Source: an uncultured Candidatus Actinomarina sp. (GTDB lineage Bacteria; Actinomycetota; Acidimicrobiia; Actinomarinales; Actinomarinaceae). Taken from it: a stretch of DNA of 64,000 nucleotides. A program made the translations under genes and the position numbers. The stretch is taken from positions 14,039-78,038 of the forward strand of contig CACOLU010000003.1 of the NCBI GenBank assembly GCA_902628045.1, in the 5' to 3' direction. Under the pieces are notes generated by a model, which made no database searches, was not told the origin of the DNA, and saw nothing but the letters and a program-made list of their open reading frames with translations. Positions 56,495 through 64,000 of this stretch are shown piece by piece. Every line of letters begins with the position of its first letter. Positions within the stretch are counted from its first letter, which is position 1.

Positions 56495-57031
56495 ATGGCA
56501 ACATTAGTTAGAACATTTTTTATACAAATTTATTATATTCCCTCATCCTCTATGGAGCCAACTTTGCAGGTGAATGACAGAGTTTTAGTAGTAAAGAATA
56601 CATTTTTAGAAACAAATATATCTACGGGTGATGTTGTTGTATTTTATGGTCCTCAAACAGAGTTTGATGAAAATTATTATGACCAATTTCTGGAGTCTTT
56701 ACAGATTTGGAAATTAAACAATGATCAGACTTATTTAAATTCTGCATTAATTAAAAGAGTTGTCGGTATCGGTGGTGATGAAGTATTTATAAATCAATCG
56801 GGTGAAGTATTTGTCAATAACAAAAAATTTACAGTTCTTAATATCGATGAAGGAAGATACTTTAAAGACCAAACCTATGTTGTTCCCAATAGTGAGATAT
56901 TTGTTTTAGGCGACAATAGAATAAATAGTCAAGACTCTAGATACATTGGAACAATTCCTTTTAAAAATATTGTAGGAAAAGCACATTATGTAATTTTCCC
57001 ATTTGAAAATTTTACAAATATAAATGATTGA
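56495..57031 (+). CDS. lepB: Signal peptidase I (true start probably upstream at a non-canonical codon)
   Basis: IPSSSMEPTL (catalytic Ser box), IKRVVGIGGDEV (Lys box) and GDNRINSQDSRY. Starting at ATG 56495 would remove the membrane anchor that is encoded in-frame upstream. Confidence 0.85.
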   Translation: MATLVRTFFIQIYYIPSSSMEPTLQVNDRVLVVKNTFLETNISTGDVVVFYGPQTEFDENYYDQFLESLQIWKLNNDQTYLNSALIKRVVGIGGDEVFINQSGEVFVNNKKFTVLNIDEGRYFKDQTYVVPNSEIFVLGDNRINSQDSRYIGTIPFKNIVGKAHYVIFPFENFTNIND

Positions 57032-57611
57032 AGATAAAGTTTGGTTGGAAGATCCTAGTAAATTTATTATTGGTTCGGATGAAGTAGGTAGAGGATCTTT
57101 TGCTGGTCCAATATGTGCTGCAGCAGTCAAAATTAATTACTCACATCTAGAATTTCTTATTAACGTAAAAGATTCTAAAAAACTTAGTGTTAAGAAAAGA
57201 GAAGAAATTTTTTCTATAGTCCAAGAAAAAAATATTGATTATTCTTTTAAGGAATCATCGAATACCTTTATTGATCAATTTGGGATTAAAAATGCTAATG
57301 AAAAAGTATTGTCAGAGTCTATTTCTGATCTTTATACCGGCAATGAAATAGTTTATGTAGATCATTTTAAAATTAATGATTTTAAATCAATCTCTGTGGT
57401 TCGTGGGGAAGATAATTGTAGAGCTATAGCATTGGCAAGTATTGTCGCAAAAGTAATAAGGGATAATATAATGATTAAATTTTCAGAAAAATATCCTGAA
57501 TATTCATTTGAAAAGAATAAAGGATATGGAACAAAGGATCATAGAGAGGCAATTTCTAAACATGGATTATCCAAAATTCATAGAAAATCTTTTAACTTAA
57601 AGCCCATATAA
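57024..57611 (+). CDS. rnhB: Ribonuclease HII
   Basis: 195 aa. GSDEVGRGSFAGPI (DEVGRG catalytic motif), DSKKLS and ASIVAK. Confidence 0.9.
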   Translation: MIEDKVWLEDPSKFIIGSDEVGRGSFAGPICAAAVKINYSHLEFLINVKDSKKLSVKKREEIFSIVQEKNIDYSFKESSNTFIDQFGIKNANEKVLSESISDLYTGNEIVYVDHFKINDFKSISVVRGEDNCRAIALASIVAKVIRDNIMIKFSEKYPEYSFEKNKGYGTKDHREAISKHGLSKIHRKSFNLKPI

Positions 57612-57699
57612 TGACTGCTGTCGTAAGAATAAAAGCAAAAATAATATTTATGTAGTCAGTTTTGTTTGCTTTATAAGGCTTGTTTGGATCAAATCCCAT
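57592..57699 (-). CDS. Possible 35-aa single-TM peptide
   Basis: Hand translation gives MGFDPNKPYKANKTDYINIIFAFILTTAVIIWALS. It fills an otherwise empty 125-bp gap. The 3-prime end overlaps rnhB convergently. No supporting motif. Confidence 0.2.
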   Translation of the reverse strand: MGFDPNKPYKANKTDYINIIFAFILTTAVIIWALS

Positions 57700-57736
57700 A
57701 CCTACATTCTAAATTAAAATATATTAAACTTGAAAT

Positions 57737-58492
57737 ATGGCCCTTGAATCAAAAATTGAAAATGACATAAAATATATATTTTTTAATGATGAAAGTTCTT
57801 TAAATGCAATCAGTTCAGGAGACTGGAAGTCATTAAAAGCCGAAATTGAATCTTTTGAAAAAAGTGACCAAAAGTATTTAGTTATAAAGCATATAAATGG
57901 TAATTATTCTGCAGGAGCACAACTGGGTGAGAATATTAACTCCTTAATGGAAGATGTTTCAAATGCTGCAGAAACATTATGGAATTGTAAAAAACCAGTA
58001 ATCTCACTTGTTAATGGAATAGCCGCTGGAGCTGGATCGAATATGATGCTTTTGAGCGATTTTATAATTGCCACTCCAGAGACAAGATTTATTGAAGTCT
58101 TCGTTAGGAGGGGACTTGTTGTAGATTTTGGTGGTTCGTGGGTTTTACCGAGAATTATCGGTATTCAAAAAGCAAAATCTTTAATGATGACTTCAAATGA
58201 AATAAATGGCACAGAACTTCATAACCTTGGAGTTTTACATAAGCTGTGTTCCCTAGAAGATATGGATCTAGAATTTGAATCGTTAATAGAAAGCTTAAAC
58301 AAACAAAGTTTTATATCTATATGTATGATTAAACAACAAATACGAGAAGGTTTAGACAAAACATTTAGTGAATCATTAGATCTTGAAACAGTAAACCAAA
58401 ATAAAAGATTTCTTCATACAGATGCTGCTGAGGGAATGGCAGCATTTCTAGAAAAAAGACCTCCAGCTTATAAAAATACATTGGATGAATAA
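57737..58492 (+). CDS. Enoyl-CoA hydratase/isomerase (crotonase) family protein
   Basis: 251 aa. Crotonase fold segments VNGIAAGAGSNMMLLSDF and EGMAAFLEKRPP. Confidence 0.85.
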   Translation: MALESKIENDIKYIFFNDESSLNAISSGDWKSLKAEIESFEKSDQKYLVIKHINGNYSAGAQLGENINSLMEDVSNAAETLWNCKKPVISLVNGIAAGAGSNMMLLSDFIIATPETRFIEVFVRRGLVVDFGGSWVLPRIIGIQKAKSLMMTSNEINGTELHNLGVLHKLCSLEDMDLEFESLIESLNKQSFISICMIKQQIREGLDKTFSESLDLETVNQNKRFLHTDAAEGMAAFLEKRPPAYKNTLDE

Positions 58493-58500
58493 AAAATATG

Positions 58501-58532
58501 TATAATTATGCATGTATATGCATTTTTATGCA
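58501..58532 (+). promoter_or_regulatory. TATAAT box followed by three TATGCA repeats phased exactly 10 bp apart (candidate promoter/operator)
   Basis: TATAAT at 58501-58506. TATGCA at 58507, 58517 and 58527. All lie 35-60 nt upstream of the GTG start of the amino-acid SBP gene, whose GGAGG RBS is at 58555-58559. Confidence 0.4.
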
Positions 58533-58566
58533 ATAATCAATACTTAAGAAAACGGAGGTTTACTAA

Positions 58567-59454
58567 GTGAAAACTAAGAAATCGCTCCTTTTAATTTTTG
58601 TTCTCGCATTGGTTGCAGCTGCGTGTGGAGGCGCTGACGCTACACCTTGTGATGAGGTAGAAATTACAACAGGAGAAAATGGATTACCTGATCTAGGTGG
58701 ATGTGAATTTACATTTGCTGTAGAAAATGCGTATCTTCCATTTAATTACATTGATGCCGCTGATGGTGAAGCAAAAGGTTGGGACTACGATGTCTTTAAT
58801 CATATGGGTGAGTTAATGAACTTTACACCAGTTTACATACCAGCAGCATGGGATGGAATGATACAAGCAGTTGCTGACGGTCAGTTCATGGTCGCAGGTG
58901 ATGGAATTACTATTACAGCTGAAAGAGATGAAATTATTGACTTTTCAGATGGATATATTAATTTAGCCCAAAGAGTACTTGTAGCAGTTGGAAACACTGA
59001 AATTACAAGTATCGATGATCTAAAAAATGGAGACTACACAGTAGCAACTCAAAAAGGTACTACAAACTATGAGTTTGCAGTTTCAGAACTTGGAGAAGAT
59101 AAAGTTCAAGCTTTTGATGATTTTAACTTTGCAATCCAAGCTGTAATTTCTGGTGATGCAGATGCATCAATCATTGATGAAACAGCTGGTTTAGGTTACA
59201 TGGGAGCCAACAAAGACCAAGTAAAATTGGTTGGTGGTGACTTAACTTCTGAACAACTCGGATTCGCATTTCCTAATGGAAGCCCATTAGTAGATGTTGT
59301 TAATCAGGGATTGGCAGCCATGAAAGATAGTGGAAAACTTGCTGAAATTAATGCGAAGTTTTTCTCACCTGACTTTTCTGTAACTTATGATGACATCGCG
59401 GAATGTGATGAAAACATTCCAGAAGAATATCGACCAGAAGGTTGCGAAGTATAA
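58567..59454 (+). CDS. Polar amino-acid ABC transporter substrate-binding lipoprotein
   Basis: 295 aa. Signal peptide with lipobox (LVAAAC), and PBP type-2 amino-acid-binding family pattern (FAVENAYLPFNY ... WDGMIQAVADGQ ... ITITAERDE). GTG start after GGAGG. Confidence 0.85.
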   Translation: MKTKKSLLLIFVLALVAAACGGADATPCDEVEITTGENGLPDLGGCEFTFAVENAYLPFNYIDAADGEAKGWDYDVFNHMGELMNFTPVYIPAAWDGMIQAVADGQFMVAGDGITITAERDEIIDFSDGYINLAQRVLVAVGNTEITSIDDLKNGDYTVATQKGTTNYEFAVSELGEDKVQAFDDFNFAIQAVISGDADASIIDETAGLGYMGANKDQVKLVGGDLTSEQLGFAFPNGSPLVDVVNQGLAAMKDSGKLAEINAKFFSPDFSVTYDDIAECDENIPEEYRPEGCEV

Positions 59455-59482
59455 GTAAACAAATACTTATATTTTAATTTGT

Positions 59483-59508
59483 AATAGGCACGGAATTCCG
59501 TGCCTATT
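59483..59508. promoter_or_regulatory. Perfect 26-nt palindrome (11-bp GC-rich stem, AATT loop) between the SBP and permease genes
   Basis: AATAGGCACGGAATTCCGTGCCTATT is identical to its reverse complement. No T-run follows, so it is more likely an mRNA-stabilising or attenuating hairpin, or a protein-binding site, than a full terminator. Confidence 0.6.
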
Positions 59509-59526
59509 GCTTTACTATGGTTAACA

Positions 59527-60282
59527 ATGAAAATAAAAAATCTTTTTAAACCAGATAATTGGTGGATACTCATATTAAGTGGAGTGATAGCTTATATGCT
59601 ATTCATGATTTATTCAGAACCTGAGTACAACAAAGCTTTTAATTTTATCCTTCCTGGACTCACAATTACATTTTTATCTACTTTTATTTCTTTTATAATT
59701 GCATTGTTTCTTGGTTTAATTTCTGGAATTGGAAGAATTTCTCAAAATAAATTTGCACGAACAATCTCTAGAACATACATTGAATTTATTCGTGGTGTAC
59801 CTGTTCTGATACTTATATTCACAATTGCTTTTGTAGTAGTTGTTAGAGCAGCAGAATTTTTTAATATAAATAATGGTAATGTACCAATGTTGGTTAGAGC
59901 TATAATTGCACTCTCAGTTTTTTATGGTGCATATATAGCTGAAGTATTTAGAGCCGGAATTGAATCTGTACCTGTTGGTCAGAGAGAGGGTGGTGCATCA
60001 TTAGGTTTATCTAATAGACAGGTAATGCGGCATATAGTTTTACCTCAAGCATTTCGAAACATGCTTCCTGCACTTGGAAATGATTTTATTTCAATGATGA
60101 AAGACTCATCATTACTTTCAGTTTTAGCAGTAGAAGATCTCACATATAGGGGGAGGTTATATTCAGGAAGTACATTTAGATTTGCTGAAACATATTTAGT
60201 TCTTACAGTTATGTATTTAATAATTACACTTATCCTATCTGGATTACAAAGAAGACTTGAGAAAAGACTTGAAGCTAGATAA
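59527..60282 (+). CDS. Polar amino-acid ABC transporter permease (HisM/GlnP type)
   Basis: EAA-type loop GGASLGLSNRQVMRHIVLPQAFRNMLPALGN, about 5 TM helices. The ATG at 59527 is preferred over the ORF-track GTG at 59500, which lies inside the palindrome. Confidence 0.85.
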   Translation: MKIKNLFKPDNWWILILSGVIAYMLFMIYSEPEYNKAFNFILPGLTITFLSTFISFIIALFLGLISGIGRISQNKFARTISRTYIEFIRGVPVLILIFTIAFVVVVRAAEFFNINNGNVPMLVRAIIALSVFYGAYIAEVFRAGIESVPVGQREGGASLGLSNRQVMRHIVLPQAFRNMLPALGNDFISMMKDSSLLSVLAVEDLTYRGRLYSGSTFRFAETYLVLTVMYLIITLILSGLQRRLEKRLEAR

Positions 60283-61126
60283 TAAGAACAATCAAAAAGA
60301 AATTTTAAATAAATATTTAAATTCACTTGAGAATATAAATAATTATTCCCAAAACACAATTAAATCATACAAAAATGACATTACTCAGTATTTAAATGAA
60401 GAAAGCCAGATTGGAGAATTTTCAAATTTTTTAAAAATCTGTTTTAAAAAAAATTATTCAAAATCCACTATCAACAGAAAAATAACGTCCATTAAGTCTT
60501 TTCTACTATGGAGTGCTGAAAATGATTATTTTGACAGAAATTTGATAAAACCAATAACAAATTTAAAAATAGATAAAAAACTTCCAAATGTGTTAACAAC
60601 AAATTATATTAATGAACTTTTGGATTCTTTACCTGTTATTAAAAGCAAAGATATTAGAGATAAAGCTATATTAGAACTAATGTATTCTTCTGGCTTACGA
60701 GTAAGTGAAGTAAGTAACCTTAATATGAAAGATATCAGAAGCAATAAATCTGTAAAAGTTTTAGGTAAAGGAAGTAAAGAAAGAATTTTACCTTTAACTG
60801 AGCGTGCATTTAATAGTATTAATAACTATGTAAAAATTTCTAGAGATACATTTGCTAACGAAAAATCTGGACAATATATGTTTTTAGGTGTTAGGGGCGG
60901 CAAGTTAAGTGATAGGGAAATAAGAAGAATTGTAAAGTTAAGAGTTGGAACATTTCCTCATAGTTTAAGGCATACATTCGCAACACATTTACTAGATGGC
61001 GGAGCTGATTTGCGAATAGTGCAGGAGTTATTGGGGCACAATGACCCAAATACTACACAGATATATACACATGTATCAAAAAAGCAAATGAAGAAAAAAT
61101 ATAAACAATCTCACCCAAGGGGTTGA
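60257..61126 (+). CDS. xerC: Tyrosine recombinase XerC/XerD (chromosome dimer resolution)
   Basis: 289 aa. N-terminal SAM-like core-binding domain. Catalytic residues in GLRVSE, HSLRHTFATHLL and LGHNDPNTTQIYTHV. Conserved position upstream of rpsB. Confidence 0.85.
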   Translation: MRKDLKLDNKNNQKEILNKYLNSLENINNYSQNTIKSYKNDITQYLNEESQIGEFSNFLKICFKKNYSKSTINRKITSIKSFLLWSAENDYFDRNLIKPITNLKIDKKLPNVLTTNYINELLDSLPVIKSKDIRDKAILELMYSSGLRVSEVSNLNMKDIRSNKSVKVLGKGSKERILPLTERAFNSINNYVKISRDTFANEKSGQYMFLGVRGGKLSDREIRRIVKLRVGTFPHSLRHTFATHLLDGGADLRIVQELLGHNDPNTTQIYTHVSKKQMKKKYKQSHPRG

Positions 61127-61255
61127 TTAATACAGCATTAATATTAGAATTTTTAGAGAAAATAGACACCACATTTACAAGTTTCCTTGGTGAACGAAAG
61201 TTTGGAAACCGCTTATGCAAGAAATGTGGGATGAATTAACCAAAGGAGAAATTAG

Positions 61256-61966
61256 ATGACTACATCAATGAAAGACTTGCTTGAAGCAGGTGTGCATTTT
61301 GGCCATCAAACACAAAGATGGAACCCTAAAATGGACAAATATATTTACGGTTCAAAAAGCGGTATTCATATTCTTGACTTAAGAATTACATATGATGCTA
61401 TAGAACAAGCGCAAGAGTATATTCAAAAATTAGTAGCTAATAGTGGAAAAGTTCTTTTTGTTGGTACCAAACCTCAGGCTCAGCAAGTCATAGAAGATCA
61501 AGCAAATAGAGCAGGAATGCCATATGTAAATTTTCGATGGCTTGGTGGAATGCTGACAAATTTTAAAACAATTATTAAAAGAGTTGTATATCTTAAAGAA
61601 TTGGAATCTTTAGAATCCTCAGGAGAGATTAATGCTTATACAAAATCTGAAAGACTCAAGATAAAAAGAGAAATTGAAAAATTAAATAAATCTATTGGTG
61701 GGATAGTTAATCTTAACAAGCTTCCTGATGCTTTATTTGTTGTAGATCTTGCAAATGAAACTACAGCTATAACAGAAGCTCAAAAGCTAGGAATTCCGGT
61801 AATTGGCTTAGCTGATTCTAATGTAAATCCTGAAGGAATAGATTTTTTAATTCCAGGAAATGATGATGCAATTAGATCAATTGAACTAATTTCATCAGCA
61901 ATAGCTGATGCTTGCTTAAAAGGTTCAGGTAAAAGAGACCAAGTCGAAAACAAGGAGGATGAGTAA
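61256..61966 (+). CDS. rpsB: 30S ribosomal protein S2
   Basis: 236 aa. LLEAGVHFGHQTQRWNPKM is canonical S2. Confidence 0.97.
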   Translation: MTTSMKDLLEAGVHFGHQTQRWNPKMDKYIYGSKSGIHILDLRITYDAIEQAQEYIQKLVANSGKVLFVGTKPQAQQVIEDQANRAGMPYVNFRWLGGMLTNFKTIIKRVVYLKELESLESSGEINAYTKSERLKIKREIEKLNKSIGGIVNLNKLPDALFVVDLANETTAITEAQKLGIPVIGLADSNVNPEGIDFLIPGNDDAIRSIELISSAIADACLKGSGKRDQVENKEDE

Positions 61967-62574
61967 TGACAATTTCAGCTTCTGATGTTAAAAAATTACG
62001 TGATATGACAGGCGCAGGAATGATGGATGCCAAAAAAGCTCTTTCTGAAAGTTCTGGCGATTTTGAAAAGGCAGTTAAATTTCTTAGAGAAAAGGGTTTA
62101 GCAGATTCAAAAAAAAGAGCTGATAAAGATGCTAATCAAGGCACAATTGGTGATTATATACACTATCAACAAGATAGAGCTGTATCAGGTGTTTTAGTTG
62201 AACTTGCCTGTGAAACTGATTTTGTTGCTAAATCAGAAGAGTTTAAAAATGTTGCAAAACAAATTGCAATGCATGTTGCTGCATTAAAACCAGAGTTTGT
62301 AAATATTGATGAAGTCCCCCAAACAAGAATAGATGATGAGAAAGACATAATTCAAAAACAATCTGAAAACGAGGGAAAACCTGCTGAAGTAATTGAAAAA
62401 ATTGTTGAAGGTAAGATTTCATCCTTTTATAAAGATTATGTATTAAACGAACAAACTTTTTGTAATCCTGAGTTTTACGAAGGTCAAGTAGGTACAATGA
62501 TTGAAGAACTTTCTGGTAGATTAGGCGAAAAAATCTATATTAAGAAATTTTCACGTTTAGAAGTGGGAGTCTAA
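61966..62574 (+). CDS. tsf: Elongation factor Ts (short form)
   Basis: 202 aa. VKKLRDMTGAGMMDAKKAL UBA-like N-terminus and VELACETDFVAK. The start overlaps the rpsB stop. Confidence 0.95.
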   Translation: MTISASDVKKLRDMTGAGMMDAKKALSESSGDFEKAVKFLREKGLADSKKRADKDANQGTIGDYIHYQQDRAVSGVLVELACETDFVAKSEEFKNVAKQIAMHVAALKPEFVNIDEVPQTRIDDEKDIIQKQSENEGKPAEVIEKIVEGKISSFYKDYVLNEQTFCNPEFYEGQVGTMIEELSGRLGEKIYIKKFSRLEVGV

Positions 62575-62577
62575 ATT

Positions 62578-63279
62578 ATGAGCAGGATTCTTCTCAAACT
62601 TTCCGGAGAATCATTTGCAGATCCGGATTCTAAATTCGGTATTCATCCAGAAACAATTGAAAGAATAGCTTCTGAAATAACAGAAGCTAATAAAAAAGGT
62701 ACTGAGGTTGGTGTTGTTGTAGGCGGTGGAAACTTTTTTAGAGGAGTACAAGAATCTGCAAAAAATATGGCACAAGCTAATGCTGATTATATGGGAATGC
62801 TTGCAACAGTAATTAATGCTATAGCTTTAAAAGATGCTTTAGACAAAAATGGAACTCAAACAAGAGTCCAATCTGCAATCACAATGACAGCGGTAGCTGA
62901 ACCATATATAAGACTGAGAGCAATCAGACATTTAGAAAAGGGAAGAGTTGTTATTTTTGCTGCTGGAACAGGTAATCCATATTTTACAACTGATACAGCA
63001 GCTTCTTTGAGAGCTGCTGAAATCGAAGCTAATTTAATGCTTAAGTCTACAAGAGTAGATGGTGTGTTTGATAAAGATCCGGAAGTAGATAAAGGTGCAA
63101 AAAAATTTGATGAGGTATCCTACAAAGATGTTGTTTCAAGCAAACTCAAAGTGATGGATCTTACAGCTATTACGTTATGTGAAGAAAACAAGATGCCAAT
63201 AAGGGTGTTTAATGGCACATCAGCAGGTAATATATACAAAGCTTTAACTGGTGAATCTCTAGGAACATTAATAAGATAG
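62578..63279 (+). CDS. pyrH: UMP kinase
   Basis: 233 aa. Motifs [17 protein letters not shown] and [14 protein letters not shown]. Confidence 0.97.
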   Translation: MSRILLKLSGESFADPDSKFGIHPETIERIASEITEANKKGTEVGVVVGGGNFFRGVQESAKNMAQANADYMGMLATVINAIALKDALDKNGTQTRVQSAITMTAVAEPYIRLRAIRHLEKGRVVIFAAGTGNPYFTTDTAASLRAAEIEANLMLKSTRVDGVFDKDPEVDKGAKKFDEVSYKDVVSSKLKVMDLTAITLCEENKMPIRVFNGTSAGNIYKALTGESLGTLIR

Positions 63280-63283
63280 ATTT

Positions 63284-63835
63284 ATGTCCGATACATTAAT
63301 TAAAGAAGTTGAAAACAAAATGCTCACTACTATTAATCATTTAGTAGATGAATTCTCAACAATTAGAACCGGAAGAGCTAATCCAGCATTAGTAGATAAG
63401 CTTTCAGTTGAATATTACGGAACAAAAACCCCTCTTCAGCAACTTGCAACAATATCAGTTCCTGATCCAAAGTTATTAGTTATACAACCTTTTGACAAAA
63501 ACTCTTTAGATGAAATAGAAAAAGCAATATTGAATGCTGATATAGGTCTTAACCCGACTAATGATGGCGAAGTAGTACGTTTACCAATTCCCGCTCTTTC
63601 AGAAGAAAGAAGAAAAGAATTAGGTAAGGTTGCATCAAAAGCCTCAGAAGATGCAAAGGTATCAATCAGGACTCACAGAAGATTTGGAATTGATGAAATA
63701 TCTAAATTAAAAGATGATCATTCTGCTGATGAAATAAAACGTTTAGAAACTAAAGTACAAGATATCACTGACGATTTTATAAAAAAAATCGAAGAGTTGC
63801 TTACGGTAAAGCAAAATGAACTTCTTGAAGTTTAA
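63284..63835 (+). CDS. frr: Ribosome recycling factor
   Basis: 183 aa. Motifs FSTIRTGRANPALVD and IRTHRR. Confidence 0.97.
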   Translation: MSDTLIKEVENKMLTTINHLVDEFSTIRTGRANPALVDKLSVEYYGTKTPLQQLATISVPDPKLLVIQPFDKNSLDEIEKAILNADIGLNPTNDGEVVRLPIPALSEERRKELGKVASKASEDAKVSIRTHRRFGIDEISKLKDDHSADEIKRLETKVQDITDDFIKKIEELLTVKQNELLEV

Positions 63836-64000
63836 TAAGTATTTACAGTCTGACAACGATGGAACATTTTGGCCTGGTTATATTGAAATCCCTGATGATG
63901 AAGGCTTACCAAGTGAATATGAATCTGGCAATAAAGAAAAACGAACTAGGTTTTCATCCAATCCAAGAGTGTTTACAGGTTTAGGGCTACTTTTAGTTGT
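63816..64000 (+). CDS. N-terminal fragment of a membrane protein, possibly phosphatidate cytidylyltransferase (runs off the window)
   Basis: The ATG at 63816 overlaps the frr 3-prime end. The ORF is open to the window edge and ends in a hydrophobic stretch (VFTGLGLLLV). The call rests only on the common frr-cdsA synteny. Confidence 0.3.
   Translation, partial: MNFLKFNKYLQSDNDGTFWPGYIEIPDDEGLPSEYESGNKEKRTRFSSNPRVFTGLGLLLV

Noticed and set aside
59500-59526. GTG start at 59500 for the amino-acid permease.
   Set aside because: The codon lies inside the 26-nt perfect palindrome, and the extension MPIALLWLT adds nothing recognisable. The ATG at 59527 is preferred.
60257-61126. The tyrosine recombinase as the integrase of a mobile element or genomic island.
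   Set aside because: It sits in the conserved housekeeping position upstream of rpsB-tsf-pyrH-frr. It overlaps the preceding permease gene. There are no flanking direct repeats, tRNA or cargo genes. It fits chromosome-dimer resolvase XerC/D.
61127-61255. Possible structured rpsB leader (GTTTCC...GGAAAC hairpin) acting as an S2 autoregulatory element.
   Set aside because: Only one 6-bp stem can be seen by eye. I cannot match it to the known S2 leader pseudoknot without covariance-model scanning.
61966-62574. Short EF-Ts (202 aa) as a truncated pseudogene.
   Set aside because: The ORF is intact and start-stop coupled to rpsB. It retains the N-terminal UBA-like and core motifs. Naturally short EF-Ts forms of about 200 aa exist, for example in Thermus.
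1-64000. CRISPR arrays, rRNA/tRNA genes and IS elements.
   Set aside because: No intergenic region exceeds about 210 bp. None contains cloverleaf-compatible sequence, regularly spaced repeats or terminal inverted repeats. I found no transposase-like ORF.

Overview
This is an AT-rich, very gene-dense window: about 78 CDS, almost no non-coding DNA, and no rRNA, tRNA, CRISPR array or transposase that I could find. Gene content and order suggest a genome-streamlined marine actinobacterium such as Ca. Actinomarinales or Acidimicrobiia. That placement is inference from ino1, F420/FO genes, DDN- and PPOX-type flavoenzymes, and the blocks rpmB|recG-rsmD-coaD-yceD-rpmF-plsX-rnc-mutM-smc and xerC-rpsB-tsf-pyrH-frr. 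Main blocks: (1) DUF368, tatA, lipoprotein cytochrome c; (2) maltodextrin cluster malQ / GH13 / malEFG-like; (3) a beta-oxidation cluster with a split ACAD10/11-like kinase + dehydrogenase pair; (4) a 3-gene Rad52-like annealase cassette, gdh and a Cas4-like nuclease; (5) ino1, gabT; (6) an overlapping operon with a membrane-anchored MurF-like ligase and Ddl; (7) an inverted-topology photolyase coupled to a DDN-family protein; (8) the recG-to-smc housekeeping block with a short SMC lacking a visible hinge; (9) cdd, etfBA, pnp-deoB-upp; (10) rpsP-KH-rimM, split from trmD-rplS-lepB-rnhB by about 6 kb carrying gap, a cysteine-less gap paralog and split FO synthase; (11) an amino-acid ABC importer, xerC, rpsB-tsf-pyrH-frr. 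The best candidates for undescribed biology are the TM-MurF/Ddl operon, the catalytically dead GAPDH paralog, the chromosomal Rad52-like cassette and the hinge-less SMC. All functional calls come from motif reading by eye. No database search was run.
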